Positions 55,588-63,982 of a stretch of DNA of 64,000 nucleotides are shown one piece after another. The stretch comes from Chloroflexota bacterium (GTDB lineage Bacteria; Chloroflexota; Anaerolineae; UBA4142): NCBI GenBank assembly GCA_037440625.1, contig JBBITT010000007.1:28257-92256 (forward strand), read 5' to 3'. The notes beneath the pieces are model-generated. The model was not told where the DNA came from. It did no database searches and saw only the letters and a program-made list of their open reading frames with translations. Every line of letters starts with the position of its first letter. The stretch's first letter is position 1. The translations under genes and the position numbers were made by a program.

Positions 55588-55616
55588 GGGCGAGGTTACC
55601 TCGCCCCTACGATTTT
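55584..55616 (+). terminator. rho-independent terminator after the SPASM radical SAM gene (GTAGG hairpin family)
   Basis: GTAGGGGCGAGG-TTA-CCTCGCCCCTAC followed by GATTTT; overlaps the stop codon. Confidence 0.7.
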
Positions 55617-55664
55617 GTACGATTCTTACACCCAAAATCGTTTTTTTATTTGCACTTGACAAGT

Positions 55665-55693
55665 TTGTGAGATAAATAACGATGTGATATAAT
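55665..55693 (+). promoter_or_regulatory. extended -10 promoter of the nuo operon
   Basis: TTGTGA (55665-70) - 17 nt - TATAAT (55688-93) preceded by TG at 55685-86. Confidence 0.5.
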
Positions 55694-55722
55694 AATTTGC
55701 AGTATTGCAAGGAGCAAAATCA

Positions 55723-56277
55723 ATGTCCGCTCAAACGATAAAACCTAACGAAATTTCGGAGTCAACGGGCTCCCCCGAAACAAAATCGGGCGCGCCGGGG
55801 ATGGTGTTTGCCAAACTGGATGATGTGTTGCGCTGGGCGCGCACCGGTTCAATGTGGCCCCTCTTGTTCGGTTTGGCATGTTGCGCGATTGAAATGATGG
55901 CGGTCTATATGCCGCGTTTCGATCTTTCACGTTTTGGGATGGAAGTGTACCGCGCGTCGCCGCGCCAAGCCGATTTGATGTTCGTGGCTGGGCGTGTATC
56001 GCGCAAGATGGCGCCGGTTGTGCGTCAATTGTACGATCAAATGCCGGATCCCAAGTGGGTCATCGCAATGGGCGATTGCGCGGCGTGCGGCGGCATCTAC
56101 AACAATTATGCCATCCTGCAAGGTGTGGATGAAATCATCCCGGTGGATGTTTATGTGGCCGGTTGCCCACCTCGCCCCGAAGCATTGATGGATGGCATTT
56201 TGAGATTGCACGAGAAAATCAAAAAGGGCGAGCCGAAAGGTCAGATTAAAATTACCGATTGGGGCTTGCGCGGGTAA
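55723..56277 (+). CDS. nuoB: NADH-quinone oxidoreductase subunit B
   Basis: ATG 55723 preceded by AAGGAG; [26 protein letters not shown] cluster N2 motifs. Confidence 0.93.
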   Translation: MSAQTIKPNEISESTGSPETKSGAPGMVFAKLDDVLRWARTGSMWPLLFGLACCAIEMMAVYMPRFDLSRFGMEVYRASPRQADLMFVAGRVSRKMAPVVRQLYDQMPDPKWVIAMGDCAACGGIYNNYAILQGVDEIIPVDVYVAGCPPRPEALMDGILRLHEKIKKGEPKGQIKITDWGLRG

Positions 56278-56312
56278 ATCCAGTATTCAGTCCAAAGTAT
56301 CCAGTAGTCAGT
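56278..56312. repeat. heptanucleotide tandem repeat between nuoB and nuoCD
   Basis: atccagt|attcagt|ccaaagt|atccagt|agtcagt (NNNCAGT units). Confidence 0.7.
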
Positions 56313-56325
56313 ATAGGAATGTGCA

Positions 56326-58116
56326 ATGGCGCAAATCGAAAATATTCTCTCCAAACTGCGCGAACGATTTCCCAATGTAATCAGCAACGTGTACGAATTT
56401 CGCGGTGACACGACGATCACTATTCCCCGCGAATCGCTCATTGACGCGGCGCGTTTCTTGCACAGCGAACTCGGCTTTGAGATGTTACTCGACATCACTG
56501 TGCTCGATTGGTTGCCGCGTGAGCCACGCTTTGATGTACTGTATTATCTCCTCTCGATGCCGGAAAATACGCGCATTCGTTTGCGGGTGCAACTATCGAG
56601 CACGGATACCAATGTGCCTTCAGTAACCTCGATTTACCCCGGCGCAAATTTCTACGAACGCGAAGTCTTCGATCTCTTTGGCATCCACTTTACCGGGCAT
56701 CCGTTCCTGCATCGCATTCTTTTGCCTGATTATGTGACCAGCCATCCGCTCCGCAAAGATCATCCACTTGGCTACGAACCGGTCGAGTTCACGCACACGT
56801 ACGATGAGATTCAACCGGAGAAACCTACCGCCGTGCCACCGCCCAAGCCTAAACGCTTGATCGGCAGTTTGGGTGGCGTGCCGCAAGAAATTCCGCTCAC
56901 CGTTTCCGATCCGGCAACGCCATGGTCGGGGGCACAATCGGAAACATTGCTCATCAATATGGGACCGCATCATCCTTCGACGCACGGCGTTTTGCGTGTC
57001 GCGCTCGAAGTGGATGGTGAGCGCATCGTCAATGCGATGCCGGATGTAGGGTACTTGCACACCGGCATCGAAAAGAATGCGGAATATAAAACGTATCTCA
57101 AAGCGATTCCGCTGTTCGACCGGATGGATTATCTGGGGACGCTGTTCAACAATCTGGCGTACTGTCTTGCCGTAGAAAAGTTGATGCAGGTGGATGTGCC
57201 TGAACGGGCGCAGATCGCGCGCGTGATCCTGTGCGAAGTACAACGCATCCAATCGCACCTGGTCGCCGTCGGTTCGCAAGCGATGGACATTGGGGCGGTA
57301 ACCGTGATGACGTACGCCTTCCGCGAACGTGAAATCGCGCTCGACATTTTCGAGATGGTTACCGGCGCACGGATGATGACCTCGTATTTTCGGTTTGGTG
57401 GCTTGGCGCAAGATTTGCCCGCCGGCTTTTCTGATGCTGTCCGCGCGTTCAGCCAAATGATTCCGGGTCGCTTGAAAGAGTACGAAGACTTGTTGAACAA
57501 GAATCCGATCTGGCTTGAACGCACACGCGGTATTGCCGAGTACACGGCAGAGCAAGCCATCGCGTATGGCGTGACGGGTCCGATGTTGCGCGCCACCGGC
57601 GTAAATTGGGACTTGCGCAAAGTGGCACCGTACTCCGGCTACGAACAGTACGATTTCGATGTCATCACCGGCTCGCGCGCCAAAGCCGATGTGCTAGCGT
57701 GTTACTATGTTCGGATGGAAGAGATGCGGCAGAGTTTGCGCATTATCGAGCAGGCACTCAAGAAATTGGAAAAGACCAAAGGGCAACCGTACATTACCAG
57801 CAATCGCAAAGTTGCGCCGCCGCCCAAAACCGAATTGCAAACCTCGATGGAATCGCTCATCCATCATTTCAAATTGTGGACGGCAGGATTCACCCCGCCC
57901 AAAGGTTTTGTGTATGCGTCGGTCGAGTCTCCGCGCGGCGAACTTGGCTTTCTCGTGTCGAGCAATGGCACGAATATGCCGCATCGTGTTCACGTGCGCA
58001 CGCCATCGTTCGCCAACTTGCAGACCTTGCCGTTGATTTCCAAGGGGTATTACATTGCCGACTTGGTGGGGATCATTGCGATGACGGATATTATCCTTGG
58101 CGACGTAGACCGGTAA
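56326..58116 (+). CDS. nuoCD: fused NADH-quinone oxidoreductase subunits C and D
   Basis: 596 aa; N-terminal NuoC (ANFYEREVFDLFGIHFTGHP), Pro-rich linker, NuoD (INMGPHHPSTHGVLR ... TDIILGDVDR). Confidence 0.93.
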   Translation: MAQIENILSKLRERFPNVISNVYEFRGDTTITIPRESLIDAARFLHSELGFEMLLDITVLDWLPREPRFDVLYYLLSMPENTRIRLRVQLSSTDTNVPSVTSIYPGANFYEREVFDLFGIHFTGHPFLHRILLPDYVTSHPLRKDHPLGYEPVEFTHTYDEIQPEKPTAVPPPKPKRLIGSLGGVPQEIPLTVSDPATPWSGAQSETLLINMGPHHPSTHGVLRVALEVDGERIVNAMPDVGYLHTGIEKNAEYKTYLKAIPLFDRMDYLGTLFNNLAYCLAVEKLMQVDVPERAQIARVILCEVQRIQSHLVAVGSQAMDIGAVTVMTYAFREREIALDIFEMVTGARMMTSYFRFGGLAQDLPAGFSDAVRAFSQMIPGRLKEYEDLLNKNPIWLERTRGIAEYTAEQAIAYGVTGPMLRATGVNWDLRKVAPYSGYEQYDFDVITGSRAKADVLACYYVRMEEMRQSLRIIEQALKKLEKTKGQPYITSNRKVAPPPKTELQTSMESLIHHFKLWTAGFTPPKGFVYASVESPRGELGFLVSSNGTNMPHRVHVRTPSFANLQTLPLISKGYYIADLVGIIAMTDIILGDVDR

Positions 58117-58120
58117 TTTT

Positions 58121-58190
58121 AGATTTTAGATTTCAGATTGATGATTTTTTCTCAATCTGAAATCTAAAATCATGAATCTGAAATCGGAAA
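58121..58190. repeat. heptanucleotide inverted array with a perfect 20-bp stem between nuoCD and nuoF
   Basis: agatttt|agatttc|agattga|tgatttt|ttctcaa|tctgaaa|tctaaaa|tcatgaa|tctgaaa|tcggaaa; 58122-58141 is the exact reverse complement of 58152-58171. Confidence 0.85.
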
Positions 58191-59476
58191 TGCAGATGGA
58201 ACATCTCATCTTACGCGATCTTGACATTCCCAATCTCAAAGACATCGCTGTTTACGAACAACACGGCGGCTATTCCGCGTTTCGCAAAGCGGTGAAAGAA
58301 ATGACGCCCGATCAGGTGGTGGATACGGTCAAAGCCTCGGGCTTGCGCGGGCGCGGCGGCGCGGGTTTTCCGGCGGGTGTCAAATGGAGTTTTCTGCCCA
58401 AAGGGGTCTTTCCGCGTTATCTCGTCGCCAATGCCGACGAGTCCGAACCCGGGACCTTCAAAGACCGGCAAATTATGGAACGCAATCCGCACCAGTTCAT
58501 CGAAGGCATCGCGATTGCATCGTACGCGATTCAATGTAACCTCGCGTTCATCTACATTCGCGGCGAGTTTCCGTACGCGGCGCAATGTCTAGCGCAAGCC
58601 ATTGCGGAAGCGGAACAACGCGGCTATCTGGGCAAAAATATTTTTGGTTCCGATTATCATCTCCAAATCGTAGTGCACCGTGGCGCGGGCGCATACATCT
58701 GCGGTGAAGAAACGGCGTTGCTCGAATCGCTGGAAGGCAAACTGGGCCAGCCGCGCGTCAAGCCACCGTTCCCGGCAAGCGTGGGTCTGTATAACCAACC
58801 GACTGTCATCAACAATGTCGAGACACTTGCCAATGTGCCGTTGATCATCGAACGCGGTGCTGAGTGGTACGCCAAGATCGGCACGCCCAAATCCACGGGA
58901 CCCAAAGTGTTTTGCTTGAGTGGGCATGTGAATCGTCCCGGGAACTATGAAGCGCCGTTCGGCAGTATCACCTTCCGTGATTTGATTTACGATTTGGGCG
59001 GCGGCATTCGCAACGGCAAAAAGTTGAAAGCGATTTTGCCGGCGGGCGCCAGTGGGCCGATGGTGAGTCCGCTGGTAAACGAAGCCGTGTTGGAGGTCAA
59101 ACTCGATTTCGAAGCGCTCGCACCGTTCGGTTCGTTGCTGGGTTCGGCGTCGGTGATCGTGTTGGACGAGGATACGTGCATCGTGTGGGCGGCAAAAAAG
59201 ATGACCCACTTTTTCGAACGCGAATCGTGTGGCAAATGCACGCCCTGCCGCGAAGGGACGTACTGGCTCTCGCGCGTGCTCGAACGAATTGAAAATGGGG
59301 TTGGCACGTTGAGCGATATTGATTTGTTGGCGGATGTCGCAAAGCAAATGCAAGGACGCACGTTGTGCCCGCTGGGTGATTTCGCCACGTCGCCAACGCT
59401 GGGCAGCGTGAAACTTTTCCGGGAAGAGTACGAGCGCCATATCAAAGAGCGTGGATGCTGGGCGAGGAGGCCTTAG
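58172..59476 (+). CDS. nuoF: NADH-quinone oxidoreductase subunit F
   Basis: SGLRGRGGAGFPAGVKW, ANADESEPGTFKDR, ESCGKCTPCREG. First ATG (58172) lies inside a repeat array; true start may be ATG 58190 or 58196. Confidence 0.9.
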   Translation: MNLKSEMQMEHLILRDLDIPNLKDIAVYEQHGGYSAFRKAVKEMTPDQVVDTVKASGLRGRGGAGFPAGVKWSFLPKGVFPRYLVANADESEPGTFKDRQIMERNPHQFIEGIAIASYAIQCNLAFIYIRGEFPYAAQCLAQAIAEAEQRGYLGKNIFGSDYHLQIVVHRGAGAYICGEETALLESLEGKLGQPRVKPPFPASVGLYNQPTVINNVETLANVPLIIERGAEWYAKIGTPKSTGPKVFCLSGHVNRPGNYEAPFGSITFRDLIYDLGGGIRNGKKLKAILPAGASGPMVSPLVNEAVLEVKLDFEALAPFGSLLGSASVIVLDEDTCIVWAAKKMTHFFERESCGKCTPCREGTYWLSRVLERIENGVGTLSDIDLLADVAKQMQGRTLCPLGDFATSPTLGSVKLFREEYERHIKERGCWARRP

Positions 59477-59494
59477 AACAGCGGAGAATACTCT

Positions 59495-59773
59495 GTGCCA
59501 AACTTGCCGCCCATCAAAGATTTTATCTTGACCGACCACGCGCGTTTTGAAATGGCGCGTCGTCAAGTTAGCGAAAAAGATGTCGCGCGGGTTTTAGCTG
59601 CACCGGAGTACACTGAGCTTGTACGCGCTGGACGAGTAGTGTATCAATCGCGTGCGGCGGATGGGGATAAAATATATCTGCTGCGTGTTTTTGTGGATAT
59701 TGACCGCGAGCCGCCCAAAGTGGTGACCGTTTATCGAACGAGTAAGATCGCCAAGTACTGGAGGTCGGAATGA
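59495..59773 (+). CDS. DUF4258-family toxin-like protein
   Basis: 92 aa, GTG start; LTDHARFEMARRQVSEKDV ... VVTVYRTSKIAKYW matches DUF4258 pattern. Confidence 0.75.
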   Translation: MPNLPPIKDFILTDHARFEMARRQVSEKDVARVLAAPEYTELVRAGRVVYQSRAADGDKIYLLRVFVDIDREPPKVVTVYRTSKIAKYWRSE

Positions 59774-59976
59774 AAGTTATCTATGATCGTGAAACGGATA
59801 CCTTGACGGTGATTTTTACCGATACCCCGGTGACGGAAAGCGATGAAGAAAAACCGGGCGTCATTTTGGATTATGATGCTGCCGGCAATCTTGTCTCGTT
59901 AGAAATCTTGGATGCCTCAAAGCGTGTCTCGTTCCCAACTCGCATCGAATATCAAGTTGCGTCAACGCCGGTATAA
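59770..59976 (+). CDS. DUF2283-family antitoxin-like protein
   Basis: 68 aa; ATGA overlap with previous gene; MKVIYDRETDTLTVIF ... GVILDYDAAGNLVSLEILDAS matches DUF2283 pattern. Confidence 0.75.
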   Translation: MKVIYDRETDTLTVIFTDTPVTESDEEKPGVILDYDAAGNLVSLEILDASKRVSFPTRIEYQVASTPV

Positions 59977-59980
59977 TGGA

Positions 59981-60008
59981 TAAATCAGAAATCGGAAATT
60001 ATCGAAAT
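59981..60008. repeat. heptanucleotide repeat upstream of nuoG
   Basis: taaatca|gaaatcg|gaaatta|tcgaaat, same GAAATC word as at 58156-58190 and 1749-1776. Confidence 0.6.
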
Positions 60009-62658
60009 GCCTAAAGTTACAATTGACCACCAAGTGGTGGATGTTCCCAACGGCACGCTCGTCGTCGAAGCCGCCAAACAAGTTGGCATTGAAATTCCGG
60101 TCTTTTGCTATCACCCCAAGCTGCAACCGGTCGGCATGTGCCGAATGTGTCTCGTTGAAATCGGCACGCCGAAACGCGGCAAAGATGGACAAATCGAATT
60201 GGATGCCGAGGGCAAACCGGCAATTGCCTGGATGCCCAAACTCCAAACCGCTTGCACCACCGTCGTATCGGATGGAATGGCGATTCGTACCGATACCCCG
60301 CAAGTGGCAGAAGCGCGCCGCGCGATCATCGAATTTTTGCTGACCTCGCATCCGCTCGATTGTCCGATCTGCGACAAGGGCGGCGAGTGTCCGCTCCAAA
60401 ACTTGACGATGGCGTACGGTCCCGGTCAATCGCGCTTCCCGGTCGAATCGAAATTCCACAACGAAAAGCGTGTGCCACTCGGCGATTTGATTATGCTCGA
60501 TCGCGAACGCTGTATTCAATGTTCGCGTTGCGTTCGGTTTATGGACGAGATCGCCGACGATCACGTGCTTGGTTTCCAAGCGCGCGGACGCGGACTCGAA
60601 ATCGTTTCGCTGTCCGATCCGGCGTTCGATTCCAAATTCAGCGGCAACACGATTGACATTTGTCCGGTTGGCGCGCTCACCTCGCGCGATTTTCGCTTTG
60701 GCGCGCGGGTGTGGGAAGTGCGCGATTATCCGAGCGTGTGCGCGCATTGCTCGGCGGGATGCAACCTTTTGATTGGCGAACGCGACCATCAAATCAAACG
60801 CATCGTCCCGCGCGAGAACGAAAGCGTCAACGAAATTTGGTTGTGTGATAAAGGACGCTTTGCGCATCATTTTACAACTGCGCCAGATCGCTTGAGGCAA
60901 CCATTGATTCGCAAAGATGGCAACCTTGAGCCGGCAACTTGGAACGAGGCGCTCGATCTCATTGCTAAACGATTGGGCGAGATCAAACAACAACATGGTG
61001 CTCAGGCGTTGGGTGGCTTGGGCGGCGACCGCGCATCAAACGAAGATTTGTACTTGTTCCAAAAATTGTTCCGCGAGGTGATCGGTTCGCCCAACCTTGA
61101 TCATCGGGTTGGGTGGAGTGCGACAAAGGCGGATGAAGATTGGGTGCTCAAGTATGGCGCAGGCACGGATACGAACCTCGGCGCGCTGGACAAGAACACG
61201 ACGGTGCTTGTGCTGGGTGCTGATCCGGAAGAAGAACAACCGGTCATTCGCTTGCGTTTGACCAAGAGTGCAAAATGGTACGGTGCCCATTTGATGGTGG
61301 CGAATGGGCGGCTGACCAAATTGGCGAAATATGCAAAGCAATCGGTGGTGTACAGATACGGTGCCGAAGCGTATTTCTTGCTGGGTCTCGTGCGCGTCAT
61401 TCTTGACGAAGGATTGGAAAATAAGGCATTCATCGCCGCCCGCGTAAACCAATTCGACGAATTCAAGAAATCGCTGGAACCATTCACGGTCGAAAAGTGC
61501 GCCGAATGGTGCCACGTCAAACCGGAAAAAATCCGCGATGCCGCACGCGCGATTGCCCAATCACCTAATCTCCTAATTCTGTACGGGCGCGAGATGATGT
61601 TTGCACAACAATGTGAGCGCGCCGTCGCATCAGGCATCGCGACGTTGTTGCTCATCACCGGCCATGTCGGTCGCAAGAACAATGGCTTGATTGCTTTGTA
61701 TCCGCACAACAATTCCACCGGCGCGATAGATTTTGGTTTGATGCCGGATCACGGCGTCGGGCGCCAAGAAATTGATGCGAAAGGTTTGGGAGCGCGCGAT
61801 CTGACATCAGGCCAAGTGCGTGCGTTGTACGTGATGGCGTGCGATCCGGCGTCGGATGGCAATTTTGTCAAGCCGAATTTTCTCGTCGTGCAAGAGTTGT
61901 TCTTGACCGAGACCGCCAAGCAAGCCGACGTGGTTTTGCCGGCGCAATCGTTTGCGGAACGCGATGGGACGTTCACGAACACGGAACGGCGCGTGCAATT
62001 GTTCCGCGCCGCCCTCAAGCCGGTGGGTCAAGCCAAGCCGGATTGGTGGATTGTTGCGGAAATTGCCAAACGCCTTGGCGCGAATTGGGATTATCCCAGC
62101 GCGTCAAGGGTGATGGACGAGATCGCAACGACCGTGCCACTTTATAGAGGAATGACGTACGCCGCACTCGCGGAAAATGTTAAGGTGCCGCGACCGCCGT
62201 ACGGGCAGGGTAATCCCAGCGATGAGCCAACCGACATTGCGATGGGTGAGCTGGAAAATATTTCGAGCGGCAAGATGTGGGCAAGCGTGGCGGAAAGTGA
62301 TCCGAATGCCAAGTTCGATTTGGTGTGGAATGAACCGACGCGACCAATGACGAACGATGCACGACGAAAGTTTTTGGCGGTGGCACGGTCGTTGTATGAT
62401 CGCGGAACACTTGTGAGCAAAACACAGATTGTTCAACCACGTGTGCCCAAGCCAGCAATCGAAATCAATTCGCAGGATGCCGAGCAAATTGGCATCGAGA
62501 GCGGCGCGCGCGTGCGTGTGTCGTTTGATTCGCGGGTGATCGAATTGGACGCCAATGTGGACGGGCATGTGCCGCCGGGTGTTGTGTTGATTCCGAATAA
62601 CTTGGACGGTACGCTAGCGTTGCCAATGGGCGCGCATGTCAAGATCGAAAAGGTTTGA
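60007..62658 (+). CDS. nuoG: NADH-quinone oxidoreductase subunit G
   Basis: 883 aa; N-terminal 2Fe-2S (CYHPKLQPVGMCRMCLVE), HPLDCPICDKGGECPLQ, CIQCSRCVRF, molybdopterin-oxidoreductase-like C-terminal part. Confidence 0.93.
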   Translation: MPKVTIDHQVVDVPNGTLVVEAAKQVGIEIPVFCYHPKLQPVGMCRMCLVEIGTPKRGKDGQIELDAEGKPAIAWMPKLQTACTTVVSDGMAIRTDTPQVAEARRAIIEFLLTSHPLDCPICDKGGECPLQNLTMAYGPGQSRFPVESKFHNEKRVPLGDLIMLDRERCIQCSRCVRFMDEIADDHVLGFQARGRGLEIVSLSDPAFDSKFSGNTIDICPVGALTSRDFRFGARVWEVRDYPSVCAHCSAGCNLLIGERDHQIKRIVPRENESVNEIWLCDKGRFAHHFTTAPDRLRQPLIRKDGNLEPATWNEALDLIAKRLGEIKQQHGAQALGGLGGDRASNEDLYLFQKLFREVIGSPNLDHRVGWSATKADEDWVLKYGAGTDTNLGALDKNTTVLVLGADPEEEQPVIRLRLTKSAKWYGAHLMVANGRLTKLAKYAKQSVVYRYGAEAYFLLGLVRVILDEGLENKAFIAARVNQFDEFKKSLEPFTVEKCAEWCHVKPEKIRDAARAIAQSPNLLILYGREMMFAQQCERAVASGIATLLLITGHVGRKNNGLIALYPHNNSTGAIDFGLMPDHGVGRQEIDAKGLGARDLTSGQVRALYVMACDPASDGNFVKPNFLVVQELFLTETAKQADVVLPAQSFAERDGTFTNTERRVQLFRAALKPVGQAKPDWWIVAEIAKRLGANWDYPSASRVMDEIATTVPLYRGMTYAALAENVKVPRPPYGQGNPSDEPTDIAMGELENISSGKMWASVAESDPNAKFDLVWNEPTRPMTNDARRKFLAVARSLYDRGTLVSKTQIVQPRVPKPAIEINSQDAEQIGIESGARVRVSFDSRVIELDANVDGHVPPGVVLIPNNLDGTLALPMGAHVKIEKV

Positions 62659-62659
62659 A

Positions 62660-63073
62660 ATGCCGGCAGCGGTTCATTCTCGCAGGAAGAAACTCCAGCG
62701 TCGCGTACGCGAACATCGCGCAACAGATCGCACCGCATCTGCGCGCGCGTCGTTCAAACGCGTTACGCGCCGGCAAATCAACGCGGTCGTGCAAAAAATC
62801 GTCCAAGAATTCAATCCCGAAAAAGTGATTCTGTTCGGTTCGTACGCCTACGGCAAGCCGAATATTGACAGCGATGTGGATTTGCTCGTGGTGATGGAGA
62901 GCGACGAGCGCCCCGCCAAGCGTGCTATACGCGTGGTCAGACAGCTGTTGGACGTTCCATTCCCGATGGATGTGCTTGTGCGAACACCCCAGGAAATTAA
63001 ACAGCGCTTGCAAAGCAACGATTGTTTTGTGCGCGAGATTGTAGCGCGAGGGCGCGTGTTGTATGAACAATGA
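62660..63073 (+). CDS. minimal nucleotidyltransferase (MNT) of an MNT/HEPN pair
   Basis: Track ORF starts 62636 inside nuoG; ATG 62660 lies 1 nt after nuoG stop; LFGSYAYGKPNIDSDVDLLVV (GS-x9-DxD). Confidence 0.8.
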   Translation: MPAAVHSRRKKLQRRVREHRATDRTASARASFKRVTRRQINAVVQKIVQEFNPEKVILFGSYAYGKPNIDSDVDLLVVMESDERPAKRAIRVVRQLLDVPFPMDVLVRTPQEIKQRLQSNDCFVREIVARGRVLYEQ

Positions 63074-63389
63074 GACGCTCGAATGGATTGAACGTGCCGA
63101 AGAGGATTTTCATCTGGCACAGATTGCTTTGCGGCAACGCAAATTCAAGGCGTACAACAGTACGTGTTTTCACGCACAACAGTGTGCTGAGAAATATCTA
63201 AAGGCATTTCTGGTTCGTCACAACATTGCTTTTCGTAAAACTCACGACTTGCGTCGCCAATGCGTTGAGGTAGATAGCGTCTTTGATTTGTTGACCGACG
63301 CTCTGTTGTTGCTCAATCAATTTGCGATTAACAGTCGTTATCCCGGATTGGCACTTACCAAGACGCGCGTGATGCTGTTGCGGCAATGA
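63063..63389 (+). CDS. HEPN-domain protein (3' end possibly frameshifted)
   Basis: 108 aa; CFHAQQCAEKYLKAFL, KTHDL, NSRYPG. After RYPGLALT the +2 frame (63359..63439) encodes QDARDAVAAMKQVRTFVRARLGLKTK, which looks like the usual HEPN C-terminal helix. Confidence 0.75.
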   Translation: MNNETLEWIERAEEDFHLAQIALRQRKFKAYNSTCFHAQQCAEKYLKAFLVRHNIAFRKTHDLRRQCVEVDSVFDLLTDALLLLNQFAINSRYPGLALTKTRVMLLRQ

Positions 63390-63460
63390 AACAAGTCCGC
63401 ACGTTTGTCCGCGCGCGGCTCGGTCTCAAGACAAAATGATTTAGCGGTGAGGTTTTTGAT

Positions 63461-63982
63461 ATGGCTCTTCCAGACATTGGTGCCCTGTTCAAAGGGATGT
63501 CCGTAACATTGCGGGAAATGTTCGCCCCGCGTCCCACCATTCAATATCCCGAAGTGAAAAGGCCGGTCGCCGCGCGCTTTCGCGGTCGCCATGAATTAAA
63601 GCGGCACGAGAATGGTTTGGAAAAATGTATTGGTTGTTCGCTGTGTGCGGCGGCGTGTCCCGCCGATGCCATCTACGTCGAGCCGGCGGAGCAAACGGAT
63701 CACGCACGTTATTCGCCGGGCGAACGCTATGCCAAGCGCTACGAAATCAATTTGATTCGTTGCATCTTTTGCGGCTTTTGCGAAGAAGCGTGTCCCACCG
63801 GCGCGATTGTGTTGGAACACAATTACGAACTCTCGTACTATGATCGGCGCAGTGCGATTATCACCAAGGATCAATTACTTGTCCCGCCACCTGCGCCCGA
63901 CAAAGGCACTCCACGCGCGATGCCAGACCCGGGTCAATTGTATTCCGCGATTCCGCCAGTCAAGGGCGGCGTGGAACACTAA
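63461..63982 (+). CDS. nuoI: NADH-quinone oxidoreductase subunit I
   Basis: 173 aa; two 4Fe-4S motifs CIGCSLCAAACP and CIFCGFCEEACP. Confidence 0.93.
   Translation: MALPDIGALFKGMSVTLREMFAPRPTIQYPEVKRPVAARFRGRHELKRHENGLEKCIGCSLCAAACPADAIYVEPAEQTDHARYSPGERYAKRYEINLIRCIFCGFCEEACPTGAIVLEHNYELSYYDRRSAIITKDQLLVPPPAPDKGTPRAMPDPGQLYSAIPPVKGGVEH

Noticed and set aside
59962-60996. 344-aa minus-strand ORF
   Set aside because: Antisense to the nuoG N-terminal Fe-S domain.
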